Shown: positions 1 through 12,902, counted from the stretch's first letter. The stretch is 64,000 nt of DNA from Eledone cirrhosa (GCA_964016885.1 OZ024748.1:41912001-41976000); one strand, 5' to 3'. The notes: generated by a model from the sequence alone, not told the origin. Program-made: numbers and translations.

Positions 1-2622
1 TAATGACTGAAACCAATAAAAGAAGGCAGTGCCCCAGCATGGCCACAGTCTAATGACTGAAACCAATAAAAGAAGGCAGTGCCCCAGCATGGCCACAGTC
101 TAATGACAGAAGACAGTAAAAGAAGGCAGTGCCCCAGCATGGCCACAGTCTAATGACTGAAACCAATAAAAGAAGGCAGTGCCCCAGCATGGCCACAGTC
201 TAATGACTGAAACCAATAAAAGAAGGCAGTGCCCCAGCATGGCCACAGTCTAATGACTGAAACCAATAAAAGAAGGCAGTGCCCCAGCATGGCCACAGTC
301 TAATGACAGAAGACAGTAAAAGAAGGCAGTGCCCCAGCATGGCCACAGTCTAATGACTGAAACCAATAAAAGAAGGCAGTGCCCCAGCATGGCCACAGTC
401 TAATGACAGAAGACAGTAAAAGAAGGCAGTGCCCCAGCATGGCCACAGTCTAATGACTGAAACCAATAAAAGAAGGCAGTGCCCCAGCATGGCCACAGTC
501 TAATGACAGAAGACAGTAAAAGAAGGCAGTGCCCCAGCATGGCCACAGTCTAATGACTGAAACCAATAAAAGAAGGCAGTGCCCCAGCATGGCCACAGTC
601 TAATGACAGAAGACAGTAAAAGAAGGCAGTGCCCCAGCATGGCCACAGTCTAATGACTGAAACCAATAAAAGAAGGCAGTGCCCCAGCATGGCACAGTCT
701 AATGACAGAAGACAGTAAAAGAAGGCAGTGCCCCAGCATGGCCACAATCTAATGACTGAAGACAGTAAAAGAAGGCAGTGCCCCAGCATGGCCACAGTCT
801 AATGACAGAAGACAGTAAAAGAAGGCAGTGCCCCAGCATGGCCACAGTCTAATGACTGAAGACAGTAAAAGAAGGCAGTGCCCCAGCATGGCCACAGTCT
901 AATGACAGAAGACAGTAAAAGAAGGCAGTGCCCCAGCATGGCCACAGTCTAATGACTGAAGACAGTAAAAGAAGGCAGTGCCCCAGCATGGCCACAGTCT
1001 AATGACAGAAGACAGTAAAAGAAGGCAGTGCCCCAGCATGGCCACAGTCTAATGACTGAAACCAATAAAAGAAGGCAGTGCCCCAGCATGGCCACAGTCT
1101 AATGACTGAAACCAATAAAAGAAGGCAGTGCCCCAGCATGGCCACAGTCTAATGACTGAAACCAATAAAAGAAGGCAGTGCCCCAGCATGGCCACAGTCT
1201 AATGACAGAAGACAGTAAAAGAAGGCAGTGCCCCAGCATGGCCACAGTCTAATGACTGAAACCAATAAAAGAAGGCAGTGCCCCAGCATGGCCACAGTCT
1301 AATGACAGAAGACAGTAAAAGAAGGCAGTGCCCCAGCATGGCCACACTCTAATGACTGAAGACAGTAAAAGAAGGCAGTGCCCCAGCATGGCCACAGTCT
1401 AATGACAGAAGACAGTAAAAGAAGGCAGTGCCCCAGCATGGCCACAGTCTAATGACTGAAACCAATAAAAGAAGGCAGTGCCCCAGCATGGCCACAGTCT
1501 AATGACTGAAACCAATAAAAGAAGGCAGTGCCCCAGCATGGCCACAGTCTAATGACAGAAGACAGTAAAAGAAGGCAGTGCCCCAGCATGGCCACAGTCT
1601 AATGACAGAAGACAGTAAAAGAAGGCAGTGCCCCAGCATGGCCACAGTCTAATGACTGAAACCAATAAAAGAAGGCAGTGCCCCAGCATGGCCACAGTCT
1701 AATGACTGAAACCAATAAAAGAAGGCAGTGCCCCAGCATGGCCACAGTCTAATGACTGAAACCAATAAAAGAAGGCAGTGCCCCAGCATGGCCACAGTCT
1801 AATGACAGAAGACAGTAAAAGAAGGCAGTGCCCCAGCATGGCCACAGTCTAATGACTGAAACCAATAAAAGAAGGCAGTGCCCCAGCATGGCCACAGTCT
1901 AATGACTGAAACCAATAAAAGAAGGCAGTGCCCCAGCATGGCCACAGTCTAATGACAGAAGACAGTAAAAGAAGGCAGTGCCCCAGCATGGCCACAGTCT
2001 AATGACTGAAACCAATAAAAGAAGGCAGTGCCCCAGCATGGCCACAGTCTAATGACAGAAGACAGTAAAAGAAGGCAGTGCCCCAGCATGGCCACAGTCT
2101 AATGACAGAAGACAGTAAAAGAAGGCAGTGCCCCAGCATGGCCACAGTCTAATGACAGAAGACAGTAAAAGAAGGCAGTGCCCCAGCATGGCCACAGTCT
2201 AATGACAGAAGACAGTAAAAGAAGGCAGTGCCCCAGCATGGCCACAGTCTAATGACTGAAGACAGTAAAAGAAGGCAGTGCCCCAGCATGGCCACAGTCT
2301 AATGACAGAAGACAGTAAAAGAAGGCAGTGCCCCAGCATGGCCACAGTCTAATGACAGAAGACAATAAAAGAAGGCAGTGCCCCAGCATGGCCACAGTCT
2401 AATGACTGAAACCAATAAAAGAAGGCAGTGCCCCAGCATGGCCACAGTCTAATGACAGAAGACAGTAAAAGAAGGCAGTGCCCCAGCATGGCCACAGTCT
2501 AATGACTGAAACCAATAAAAGAAGGCAGTGCCCCAGCATGGCCACAGTCTAATGACAGAAGACAGTAAAAGAAGGCAGTGCCCCAGCATGGCCACAGTCT
2601 AATGACAGAAGACAGTAAAAGA
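1..2622. repeat. 50-bp minisatellite, ~52 copies visible, runs off the left edge
   Basis: unit gaaggcagtgccccagcatggccacagtctaatgac(tgaaaccaa|agaagacag)taaaa, two main variants interspersed. Confidence 0.98.
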
Positions 2623-2639
2623 ATGAAAGAATTACTTAC

Positions 2640-2737
2640 CAAGAATAACAAACAGCGAACAGATTGGGATAAATATCTACTGGTTGCTGACGTATCTCAA
2701 ATATTACCTTGCCAGGTAGGGAGCGGCGTGGCTGAGC
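2640..2737 (-). CDS. VIRMA: virilizer/VIRMA exon, 98 nt (most 3' exon in the window)
   Basis: cctgtag|GCT CAG...TCT TG|gtaagt; AQPRRSLPGK...DIYPNLF resembles VIRMA IQPPVKSFP...DPYPVLF. Confidence 0.85.
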
Positions 2738-2997
2738 CTACAGGTAAAAATCGAACTTGCTCGTTAACATATTGTTTTCTAATGAAAGACAGCCTATATA
2801 TTAGTGATAACATTTTCAAAATAATCAAAAATTTGGAGGGATTTAGTAATATAACTTCCATGTCATTTAGCTGTTGTTTGAAGTATAACTTGATAACACA
2901 GACACATATGTGAAACTATCAGGTTTATTTAACACACAGACACGTGAAATTATCAGGTTGTAATGAAAGTTCTGTCCGTTTTTGTTTTTTTATTTAA

Positions 2998-3220
2998 CCC
3001 TTTAAGATTTACATTACTCTATATATGCTGTTGAATTTTTGTGGTAAAGGCTTTACCTCTCATAATATCAAATCTATGAGAATTTGATATTATTTATGTT
3101 GAGAACAATATCTTAACATCAGTATGAGCGGCTGGTTTGAACAAAAAGAGGTGAGAGAATTCTTGCCGGATATGGCAGAAAATACAATATTATATAGAGA
3201 GTAATGTAAATGCTAAAGGG
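2998..3220. mobile_element. piggyBac-like MITE
   Basis: TTAA on both sides; 23-bp TIRs ccctttaagatttacattactct / agagtaatgtaaatgctaaaggg (2 mismatches). Confidence 0.8.
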
Positions 3221-3328
3221 TTAAAAAAAAAAGGGCAAAACTTTCATAACAACCTGATAATAAACCTATTGACTTTAGTGTGGGAGTGGAGAGAGAGAAA
3301 GGAAGAGAGAGCAATTTCTGATACATAC

Positions 3329-3548
3329 TATGAGGAAAGGTGCTTGTGTCATAACTTTTGTGATTTCCTCCAGGTAGGTAATCAACAGCTCTGCATTAAC
3401 ATCACTAATATTTGCCAACCCTGATGCCACATGTTCAACATCGCTGTCTTCAGTTCCTCCATTATTATTACTTCCTCCTCCATTAACGACATCCTCCTGG
3501 GTACTCTTCAGCTCACCTTCCTCAAAACATGGCATATTCTCAATCAAC
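3329..3548 (-). CDS. VIRMA: virilizer/VIRMA exon, 220 nt
   Basis: attttcag|G TTG ATT...ATA|gtatgt; LIENMPC...YLEEITKVMTQAPFLI; phase 2/0. Confidence 0.87.
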
Positions 3549-3577
3549 CTGAAAATAACAATTATTGTAATTGTTAT

Positions 3578-4058
3578 TTTAACTATTGAAATAGTTATAC
3601 TTAACTACTAAAATAGTTATACTTAATACTTAACTACAAGAAATAGTTATACTTAATACTTAACTACAAGAAATAGTTATACTTAACTACTGAAATAGTT
3701 ATATTTAATACTTAACTACTGAAATAGTATACTTAATACATTACTGAAATAGTTATATTTAATACTTAACTACTGAAATAGTATACTTAATACTTAACTA
3801 CTGAAATAGTTATACTTAATGCATAACTACTGAAATAGTTATACTTAATACATAACTACTGAAATAGTTATACTTAATACTTAACTAGAAGAAATAGTTA
3901 TACTTAATACTTATTAACTACAAGAAATAGTTATACTTAATACATAACTACTGAAATAGTTATACTTAATACTTAACTACAAGAAATAGTTATACTTAAT
4001 ACTTAACTACAAGAAATATTTATACTTAATACTTAACTACAAGAAATAGTTATACTTA
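3578..4058. repeat. ~30-bp AT-rich minisatellite filling an intron
   Basis: unit aagaaatagttatacttaatacttaactac, variable length; abuts the donor at 4058-4059. Confidence 0.95.
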
Positions 4059-4059
4059 C

Positions 4060-4148
4060 TGCTCAACTATCAGGTAGAAGTTTTGGAGAACCTCAAATGT
4101 ATGGACTTTACGTAATAAAGCTGTTCCAGCAACTGCAACTCGGACAAT
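4060..4148 (-). CDS. VIRMA: virilizer/VIRMA exon, 89 nt
   Basis: attacag|ATT GTC CGA...GAG CA|gtaagt; IVRVAVAGTALLRKVHTFEVL resembles VIRMA VVRVVTAGSAILQKCHFYEVL. Confidence 0.9.
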
Positions 4149-6432
4149 CTGTAATATTATAAATATCATATAATAGATTCTGAATAACTCGGACAATCTG
4201 TAATATTATAAATATCATATAATAGATTCTGAACAACTCGGACAATCTGTAATATTATAAATAAATATATAATAGATTCTGAACAACTCGGACAATCTGT
4301 AATATTATATATAAATATATAATAGATTCTGAACAACTCGGATAATCTGTAATATTATATATAAATATACTAGCATTAAAGCCCGGCGTTGCTCAGGGTC
4401 ATTAAGTTACCAAAGTTAGGTTGCACCACCCATTTTATGGCAGCACTTTTTTGTCTGCCAGGCACTGGGTGAATGAATTGCAGACCTGGAAGCAGGAGCT
4501 GCTCCAGCAATGACAATTGTAGTTTCGCCTATGGATATTATCTCTGTGCAAAAAAGTGTTGAAATTTAGTGTTTCACAGTACTTGCGCAACATGCGCGTA
4601 GACGATGCCAGCCGAACAACAGAGCTGCGATGGAGTTGTTCTGCATGGTTGTCTGTGTGTTTTCTAAATTTAAGACAGTAGGGAGAGTTGTGATATGAGG
4701 GATAGTTAGCTGTTGTTTCTAGCAGGTTTAGTGACCTCATAGAGGATATGTGTTTTCTAAATTTAAGACAGTAGGGAGGGGTGTGAAATGGGGGAGAGTT
4801 AGCTGTTGTTTCTAGCAGGTTTAGTGACCTCATAGAGGATATGTGTTTTCTAAATTTAAGACAGTAGGGAGTGGTGTGATATGGGGGAGAGTGAGCTGCT
4901 GTTTCTAGCAGGTTTAGTGACCTCATAGAAGATATGTTTTCTAAATTTAAGACAGTAGGGAGGGGTGTGAAATGGGGGAGAGTTAGCTGCTGTTTCTAGC
5001 AGGTTTAGTAACCTCATAGAGGATATGTGTTTTCTAAATTTAAGACAGTAGGGAGTGGTGTGATATGGGGGAGAGTTAGCTGCTGTTTCTAGCAGGTTTA
5101 GTGACCTCATAGAAGATATGTTTTCTAAATTTAAGACAGTAGGGAGGGGTATGGTATGGGGGAGAGTTAGCTGCTGTTTCTAGCAGGTTTAGTGACCTCA
5201 TAGAGGATATTGTTTATCATTATCTATAAAAGGCAGATTGTTGTTGTTGTTGTGTGTGTGCACATGTTCCATGTTTATACATTTGCACAATTTCAAACCG
5301 ATTCGACTCAAAGTCTGTAAGAATCCACGTTCGTTTAGAGGTTTTAAAAAAGATTTATCGCTTCTTGTTGAATAAATGTATCTGTTGCTTTTGAATAATT
5401 GTCGTTTCGTATGAAATGTAATAATTGTTTCTACTTTTTGGCACAAGGCCAGCAATTACCCAGTACATTACTGGTACTTTATGTAATAACAAACGTTCTC
5501 TCTCTCTCTCCCTCTCACTCTCTTCTCTCTCTCTCTTCAGCAATCACGCACATTGTTTAATTGCTTTAAATGTGTGAGTGTGTGTTTGTATGTGTTTGTA
5601 AATAAATCATTAAGTTTGAAGCAACTAAAAGTTAGTGTGGTTATAAATCACGCACATTGTTTAATTGCTTTAAATGTTTTTTTATCATTTGAAGTGAGTG
5701 TGTGTTTGTATGCATTTGGAAATAAATCAGTAAGTTTGAAGTATAAAAGAGAAAGTAGCAAAATGTGTGGGTTGTAGATAGAGGGGAGCAGATGATATGA
5801 GAGAGTAAAACGGACAGTATCACCATCAAGCTTGGAAAGAGAAAGTAGCAGAAAGTATGAAGTTGTATAGATTTTGAATGGTAATGGAAAGAGTTTAGCA
5901 GTTTAAATGAGAGAGAAAAATCGTAAAATATTGAGTTTTATCTATTTTTTGCGTAATTGTGGGTGAAATTGAAAAAATTATATGTGCCAAGACGCAATCG
6001 AAGCTATTTCGAATACTGAATTGTAAATTTCAATTGAAGAAATTCTATATCGTAGATTTCTATAACAAAGGAGCATGTCCATACACTGAGCTTTATAGAT
6101 TATGATAATAGATTCTGAACAACTCGGACAATCTGTAATATTATATATAAATATATAATAAATTCTGAACAACTCGGACAATCTATAATATTATATATAA
6201 ATATATAATAGATTCTGAACAACTCGGACAATCTGTAATAATATATATAAATATATAATAGATTCTGAACAACTCGGACAATCTGTAATATTATATATAA
6301 ATATATAATAGATTCTGAACAACTCGGACAATCTGTAATATTATATATAAATATATAATAGATTCTGAACAACTCGGACAATCTGTAATATTATATATAA
6401 ATATATAATAGATTCTGAACAACTCGGACAAT
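4137..6432. repeat. 50-bp minisatellite overlapping a splice acceptor, split by a Helitron (4137-4369 and 6106-6432)
   Basis: unit aatagattctgaacaactcggacaatctgtaatattatatataaatatat on both sides of the insertion. Confidence 0.93.
4370..6105 (-). mobile_element. non-autonomous Helitron with an internal ~88-bp tandem repeat (4660-5210)
   Basis: minus strand starts TC(ATAATCT) and ends ...ccctgagcaacgccgggctttaatgCTAG (subterminal GC-rich hairpin); inserted between A and T without TSD; removing it restores a perfect 50-bp unit. Confidence 0.85.
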
Positions 6433-6580
6433 ATCAAGAATTACATATAAGTCCAAACACTGCCATAAAAAGAAGTAGTTTTATCAGTCAGCCATAAAAG
6501 GAAGCAGTTTTATCAGCCATAAAAGGAAGCAGTTTTAACACGAAGGTGTTACACGGTAGTCATAAATATAATAAACAGAC

Positions 6581-6922
6581 CTGTTTAGTCATCATTATAT
6601 CCAGTAATCGCTGGTAACAACTCCATCCTTCACTTTTACCATCTTTATCCTCTTCAGCATGTTCAATATCTAACAGATAATCATCTATGTCGTATATTTT
6701 CTTTTCAGCTGAATTTTCATTCTCGTCATTTTGTTTTGTACTGACCAACCTACGGTGAACCTTCTGCTGTTTCTGTTTGGATGGATGGCTGGCAGTAAAC
6801 CACAACAGACCTTCTTGGAGACGGGTGGTCTGGTCCAGGGCTCGCAAGATTTGTAATTTTATAGACATGGACATATTTGGAGAGATGTACAAATCCAGTA
6901 ACTGATGTTGGATATTTCGTTC
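6581..6922 (-). CDS. VIRMA: virilizer/VIRMA exon, 342 nt
   Basis: tttcag|GAA...CAG|gtctgt; LLDLY..MSMSIKLQILRALDQTT...EGLLWF...CYQRLLDIM. Confidence 0.9.
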
Positions 6923-7177
6923 CTGAAAGAAAAAAAACATTGAAAATCATCAAATTAATTATAACTAGAGTGATTTCATTAGAACTACAGTAAAAGAATT
7001 AAAGAAAACATTTCTGTATGTAATTATTAGTAAAGATAACATGTCATTAAAACCTGGAGCTCAACTTCACATATTAAAGTCAGATATTTTTGGAGCATTT
7101 TGTTTTTAATTAGAAAAAAAAGGTATGTTTTACATGTCTTGAAATAGAGTAAAAAAAGATATAAATAATGAACCTAT

Positions 7178-10100
7178 CTTGTAGTAATGGTAGAATATCT
7201 AGTGTATATGTAATGTGTGGTAGTAATGGTAGAAAATCTAGTGTATATGTAATATGTGGTAGTAATGGTAGAAAATCTAGTGTATATGTAATATGTGGTA
7301 GTAATGGTAGAAAATCTACTGTATATGTAATATGTGGTAGTAATGGTAGAAAATCTAGTGTATATGTAATGTGTGGTAGTAATGGTAGAAAATCTAGTGT
7401 ATATGTAATGTGTGGTAGTAATGGTAGAAAATCTAGTGTATATGTAATGTGTGGTAGTAATGGTAGAAAATCTAGTGTATATGTAATATGTGGTAGTAAT
7501 GGTAGAAAATCTACTGTATATGTAATATGTGGTAGTAATGGTAGAAAATCTAGTGTATATGTAATATGTGGTAGTAATGGTAGAAAATCTAGTGTATATG
7601 TAATATGTGGTAGTAATGGTAGAAAATCTAGTGTATATGTAATATGTGGTAGTAATGGTAGAAAATCTACTGTATATGTAATATGTGGTAGTAATGGTAG
7701 AAAATCTAGTGTATATGTAATGTGTGGTAGTAATGGTAGAAAATCTAGTGTATATGTAATATGTGGTAGTAATGGTAGAAAATCTAGTGTATATGTAATG
7801 TCTGGTAGTAATGGTAGAAAATCTAGTGTATATGTAATGTGTGGTAGTAATGGTAGAAAATCTAGTGTATATGTAATGTCTGGTAGTAATGGTAGAAAAT
7901 CTAGTGTATATGTAATGTGTGGTAGTAATGGTAGAAAATCTAGTGTATATGTAATGTCTGGTAGTAATGGTAGAAAATCTAGTGTATATGTAATGTGTGG
8001 TAGTAATGGTAGAAAATCTAGTGTATATGTAATGTGTGGTAGTAATGGTAGAAAATCTACTGTATATGTAATGTGTGGTAGTAATGGTAGAAAATCTAGT
8101 GTATATGTAATGTGTGGTAGTAATGGTAGAAAATCTAGTGTATATGTAATGTCTGGTAGTAATGGTAGAAAATCTACTGTATATGTAATGTGTGGTAGTA
8201 ATGGTAGAAAATCTACTGTATATGTAATGTGTGGTAGTAATGGTAGAAAATCTACTGTATATGTAATATGTGGTAGTAATGGTAGAAAATCTAGTATATA
8301 TGTAATGTGTGGTAGTAATGGTAGAAAACCTAGTGTATATGTAATATGTGGTAGTAATGGTAGAAAATCTACTGTATATGTAATGTGTAGTAGTAATGGT
8401 AGAAAATCTACTGTATATGTAATGTGTGGTAGTAATGGTAGAAAATCTACTGTATATGTAATGTCTGGTAGTAATGGTAGGAAATCTAGTGTATATGTAA
8501 TGTCTGGTAGTAATGGTAGAAAATCTAGTGTATATGTAATGTGTGGTAGTAATGGTAGAAAATCTAGTGTATATGTAATATGTGGTAGTAATGGTAAAAA
8601 ATATAGTGTATATGTAATATGTGGTAGTAATGGTAGAAAATCTACTGTATATGTAATATGTGGTAGTAATGGTAGAACATCTAGTGTATATGTAATATGT
8701 GGTAGTAATGGTTGAAAATCTAGTGTATATGTAATATGTGGTAGTAATGGTAGAAAATCTAGTGTATATGTAATGTGTGGTAGTAATGGTAGAAAATCTA
8801 GTGTATATGTAATATGTGGTAGTAATGGTAGAAAATCTAGTGTATATGTAATACGTGGTAGTAATGGTTGAAAATCTAGTGTATATGTAATATGTGGTAG
8901 TAATGGTAGAAAATCTACTGTATATGTAATGTGTGGTAGTAATGGTAGAAAATCTAGTGTATATGTAATGTGTGGTAGTAATGGTAGAAAATCTACTGTA
9001 TATGTAATGTGTGGTAGTAATGGTAGAAAATCTAGTGTATATGTAATGTGTGGTAGTAATGGTAGAAAATCTAGTGTATATGTAATGTCTGGTAGTAATG
9101 GTAGAAAATCTACTGTATATGTAATGTGTGGTAGTAATGGTAGAAAATCTACTGTATATGTAATGTGTGGTAGTAATGGTAGAAAATCTAGTGTATATGT
9201 AATGTGTGGTAGTAATGGTAGAAAATCTAGTGTATATGTAATGTGTGGTAGTAATGGTAGAAAATCTACTGTATATGTAATGTGTAGTAGTAATGGTAGA
9301 AAATCTAGTGTATATGTAATGTGTGGTAGTAATGGTAGAAAATCTACTGTATATGTAATGTGTGGTAGTAATGGTAGAAAATCTAGTGTATATGTAATGT
9401 GTGGTAGTAATGGTAGAAAATCTACTGTATATGTAATATGTGGTAGTAATGGTAGAAAATCTAGTGTATATGTAATGTGTGGTAGTAATGGTAGAAAATC
9501 TAGTGTATATGTAATGTGTGGTAGTAATGGTAGAAAATCTACTGTATATGTAATGTGTGGTAGTAATGGTAGAAAATCTACTGTATATGTAATATGTGGT
9601 AGTAATGGTAGAAAATCTAGTATATATGTAATGTGTGGTAGTAATGGTAGAAAACCTAGTGTATATGTAATATGTGGTAGTAATGGTAGAAAATCTACTG
9701 TATATGTAATGTGTAGTAGTAATGGTAGAAAATCTACTGTATATGTAATGTGTGGTAGTAATGGTAGAAAATCTACTGTATATGTAATGTCTGGTAGTAA
9801 TGGTAGGAAATCTAGTGTATATGTAATGTCTGGTAGTAATGGTAGAAAATCTAGTGTATATGTAATGTGTGGTAGTAATGGTAGAAAATCTACTGTATAT
9901 GTAATGTGTGGTAGTAATGGTAGAAAATCTAGTGTATATGTAATGTCTGGTAGTAATGGTAGAAAATCTACTGTATATGTAATGTCTGGTAGTAATGGTA
10001 GAAAATCTAGTGTATATGTAATATGTGGTAGTAATGGTAGAAAATCTAGTGTATATGTAATATGTGGTAGTAATGGTAGAAAATCTAGTGTATATGTAAT

Positions 10101-11955
10101 ATGTGGTAGTAATGGTAGAAAATCTACTGTATATGTAATGTGTGGTAGTAATGGTAGAAAATCTAGTGTATATGTAATGTGTGGTGGTAATGGTAGAAAA
10201 TCTACTGTATATGTAATGTCTGGTAGTAATGGTAGAAAATCTACTGTATATGTAATGTGTGGTAGTAATGGTAGAAAATCTAGTGTATATGTAATGTGTG
10301 GTAGTAATGGTAGAAAATCTACTGTATATGTAATGTCTGGTAGTAATGGTAGAAAATCTACTGTATATGTAATGTCTGGTAGTAATGGTAGAAAATCTAC
10401 TGTATATGTAATATGTGGTAGTAATGGTAGAAAATCTAGTGTATATGTAATGTGTGGTAGTAATGGTAGAAAATTTACTGTATATGTAATGTCTGGTAGT
10501 AATGGTAGAAAATCTAGTGTATATGTAATGTGTGGTAGTAATGGTAGAATATCTAGTGTATATGTAATGTGTAGTAGTAATGGTAGAAAATCTAGTGTAT
10601 ATGTAATATGTGGTAGTAATGGTAGAAAATCTAGTGTATATGTAATATGTGGTAGTAATGGTAGAAAATCTACTGTATATGTAATATGTGGTAGTAATGG
10701 TAGAAAATCTAGTGTATATGTAATGTGTGGTAGTAATGGTAGAAAATCTACTGTATATGTAATGTCTGGTAGTAATGGTAGAAAATCTAGTGTATATGTA
10801 ATATGTGGTAGTAATGGTAGAAAATCTAGTGTATATGTAATGTGTAGTAGTAATGGTAGCAAATCTACTGTATATGTAATGTCTGGTAGTAATGGTAGAA
10901 AATCTACTGTATATGTAATATGTGGTAGTAATGGTAGAAAATCTAGTGTATATGTAATGTGTGGTGGTAATGGTAGAAAATCTACTGTATATGTAATGTG
11001 TGGTAGTAATGGTAGAAAATCTAGTGTATATGTAATGTGTGGTAGTAATGGTAGAAAATCTACTGTATATGTAATGTGTGGTAGTAATGGTAGAAAATCT
11101 AGTGTATATGTAATGTCTGGTAGTAATGGTAGAAAATCTACTGTATATGTAATGTGTGGTAGTAATGGTAGAAAATCTAGTGTATATGTAATGTCTGGTA
11201 GTAATGGTAGAAAATCTAGTGTATATGTAATGTGTGGTAGTAATGGTAGAAAATCTACTGTATATGTAATGTGTGGTAGTAATGGTAGAAAATCTACTGT
11301 ATATGTAATGTGTGGTAGTAATGGTAGAAAATCTAGTGTATATGTAATGTGTGGTAGTAATGGTAGAAAATCTACTGTATATGTAATATGTGGTAGTAAT
11401 GGTAGAAAATCTACTGTATATGTAATGTGTGGTAGTAATGGTAGAAAATCTAGTGTATATGTAATGTGTGGTAGTAATGGTAGAAAATCTACTGTATATG
11501 TAATGTGTGGTAGTAATGGTAGAAAATCTAGTGTATATGTAATGTGTGGTAGTAATGGTAGAAAATCTACTGTATATGTAATGTGTGGTAGTAATGGTAG
11601 AAAATCTACTGTATATGTAATATGTGGTAGTAATGGTAGAAAATCTAGTATATATGTAATGTGTGGTAGTAATGGTAGAATATCTAGTGTATATGTAATA
11701 TGTGGTAGTAATGGTAGAAAATCTACTGTATATGTAACGTGTGGTGGTAATGGTAGAATATCTAGTGTATATGTAATATGTGGTAGTAATGGTAGAAAAT
11801 CTACTGTATATGTAATGTGTGGTAGTAATGGTAGAATATCTAGTGTATATGTAATGTGTGGTAGTAATGGTAGAATATCTAGTGTATATGTAATGTGTGG
11901 TAGTAATGGTAGAATATCTAGTGTATATGTAATGTCTGGTAGTAATGGTAGAAAA
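7178..11955. repeat. 39-bp minisatellite, ~122 copies
   Basis: unit ggtagtaatggtagaaaatcta(g/c)tgtatatgtaat(g/a)tgt. Confidence 0.98.
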
Positions 11956-11967
11956 TAAACTACTTAC

Positions 11968-12128
11968 AACTGCTTTTGACGCAACAAAGGCATCACAGCA
12001 ACAAAGGCTGCTAGCCAGACGGATTCCCATCTTCAGATAACGTACTTTAAAAGCTGTTTCAGGCTGAGTAATAGCCTTCTTTAGGTCCAATCCCTCAATA
12101 CACCAATCCAATAATGTTGTTAGAACAT
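11968..12128 (-). CDS. VIRMA: virilizer/VIRMA exon, 161 nt
   Basis: tttgtag|AT GTT...GTT|gtaagt; LLDWCIEGLDLKKAITQPETAFKVRYLKMGIRLASSL resembles VIRMA LVDW..QP.ALNVRQLKAG.KLVSSL. Confidence 0.92.
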
Positions 12129-12254
12129 CTACAAACAAACAAAACAAAACAAGGAATGGAAATCAATCAAATCAATAAATTTGAAATTTAAAGACTGGAA
12201 GAGAAACTGAAAAGTGACTGGTTAATACTTTTCTTCTATTTTATTTATTTATTC

Positions 12255-12412
12255 ATGGAGTGAGCAGGAGAGAAGACTGCTCTGGTATGGACATGTGATG
12301 TGTATGGATGATGATTGTTGGGTAAAGAAGTGTCAAGCTATCCCAGTGGAAGGTAGCTGTAGTAGAGGAAGACCAAAGACTTGGATAGAAGTGGTGAGAG
12401 CTGATCTCATAC
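12255..12412 (+). mobile_element. RTE LINE 3' coding fragment, degenerate
   Basis: ctggtatggacatgtgatg..gatgattgttgggtaaagaagtg matches the RTE fragment at 59580-59860. Confidence 0.7.
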
Positions 12413-12471
12413 CACAACGCATCTTGTAGTATTTGGTCTGGCATCTTGTAAATTAAATTACATGTCCAGTC

Positions 12472-12902
12472 TATAGTGTGGTGGTATACATAAGTTGGTG
12501 ACTAGTGTGGCGGTGTACATAAGTTGGTGACTAGTGTGATGGTATACATAAGTATGTAGCTACAGTGTGGTGGTATACATAAGTTGGTAGCTAGTGTGGT
12601 GGTATACATAAGTTGGTAGCTACAGTGTGGTGGTATACATAATTTGGTAGCTACAGTGTGGTGGTATACATAAGTTGGTAGCTACAGTGTGGTGGTATAC
12701 ATAAGTTAGTAGCTACAGAGTGGTGGTATACATAAGTTGGTAGCTACAGTGTGGTGGTATACATAAGTCGGTAGCTAGAGTGGTGGTATACATAAGTTGG
12801 TAGCTACAGTGTGGTGGTATACATAAGTTAGTAGCTACAGTGTGGTGGCATACATAAGTTAGTAGCTACAGTGTGGTGGTATACATAAGTTAGTAGCTAC
12901 AA
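12472..12902. repeat. 31-bp minisatellite
   Basis: unit tacagtgtggtggtatacataagttggtagc. Confidence 0.95.

Noticed and set aside
1-2622. CRISPR-like array
   Set aside because: No unique spacers (only two short variants), no cas genes, eukaryotic intron.
7110-11958. 1000-1250 aa ORFs on both strands
   Set aside because: Translations of a 39-bp tandem repeat inside an intron; open in several frames with no domain content.
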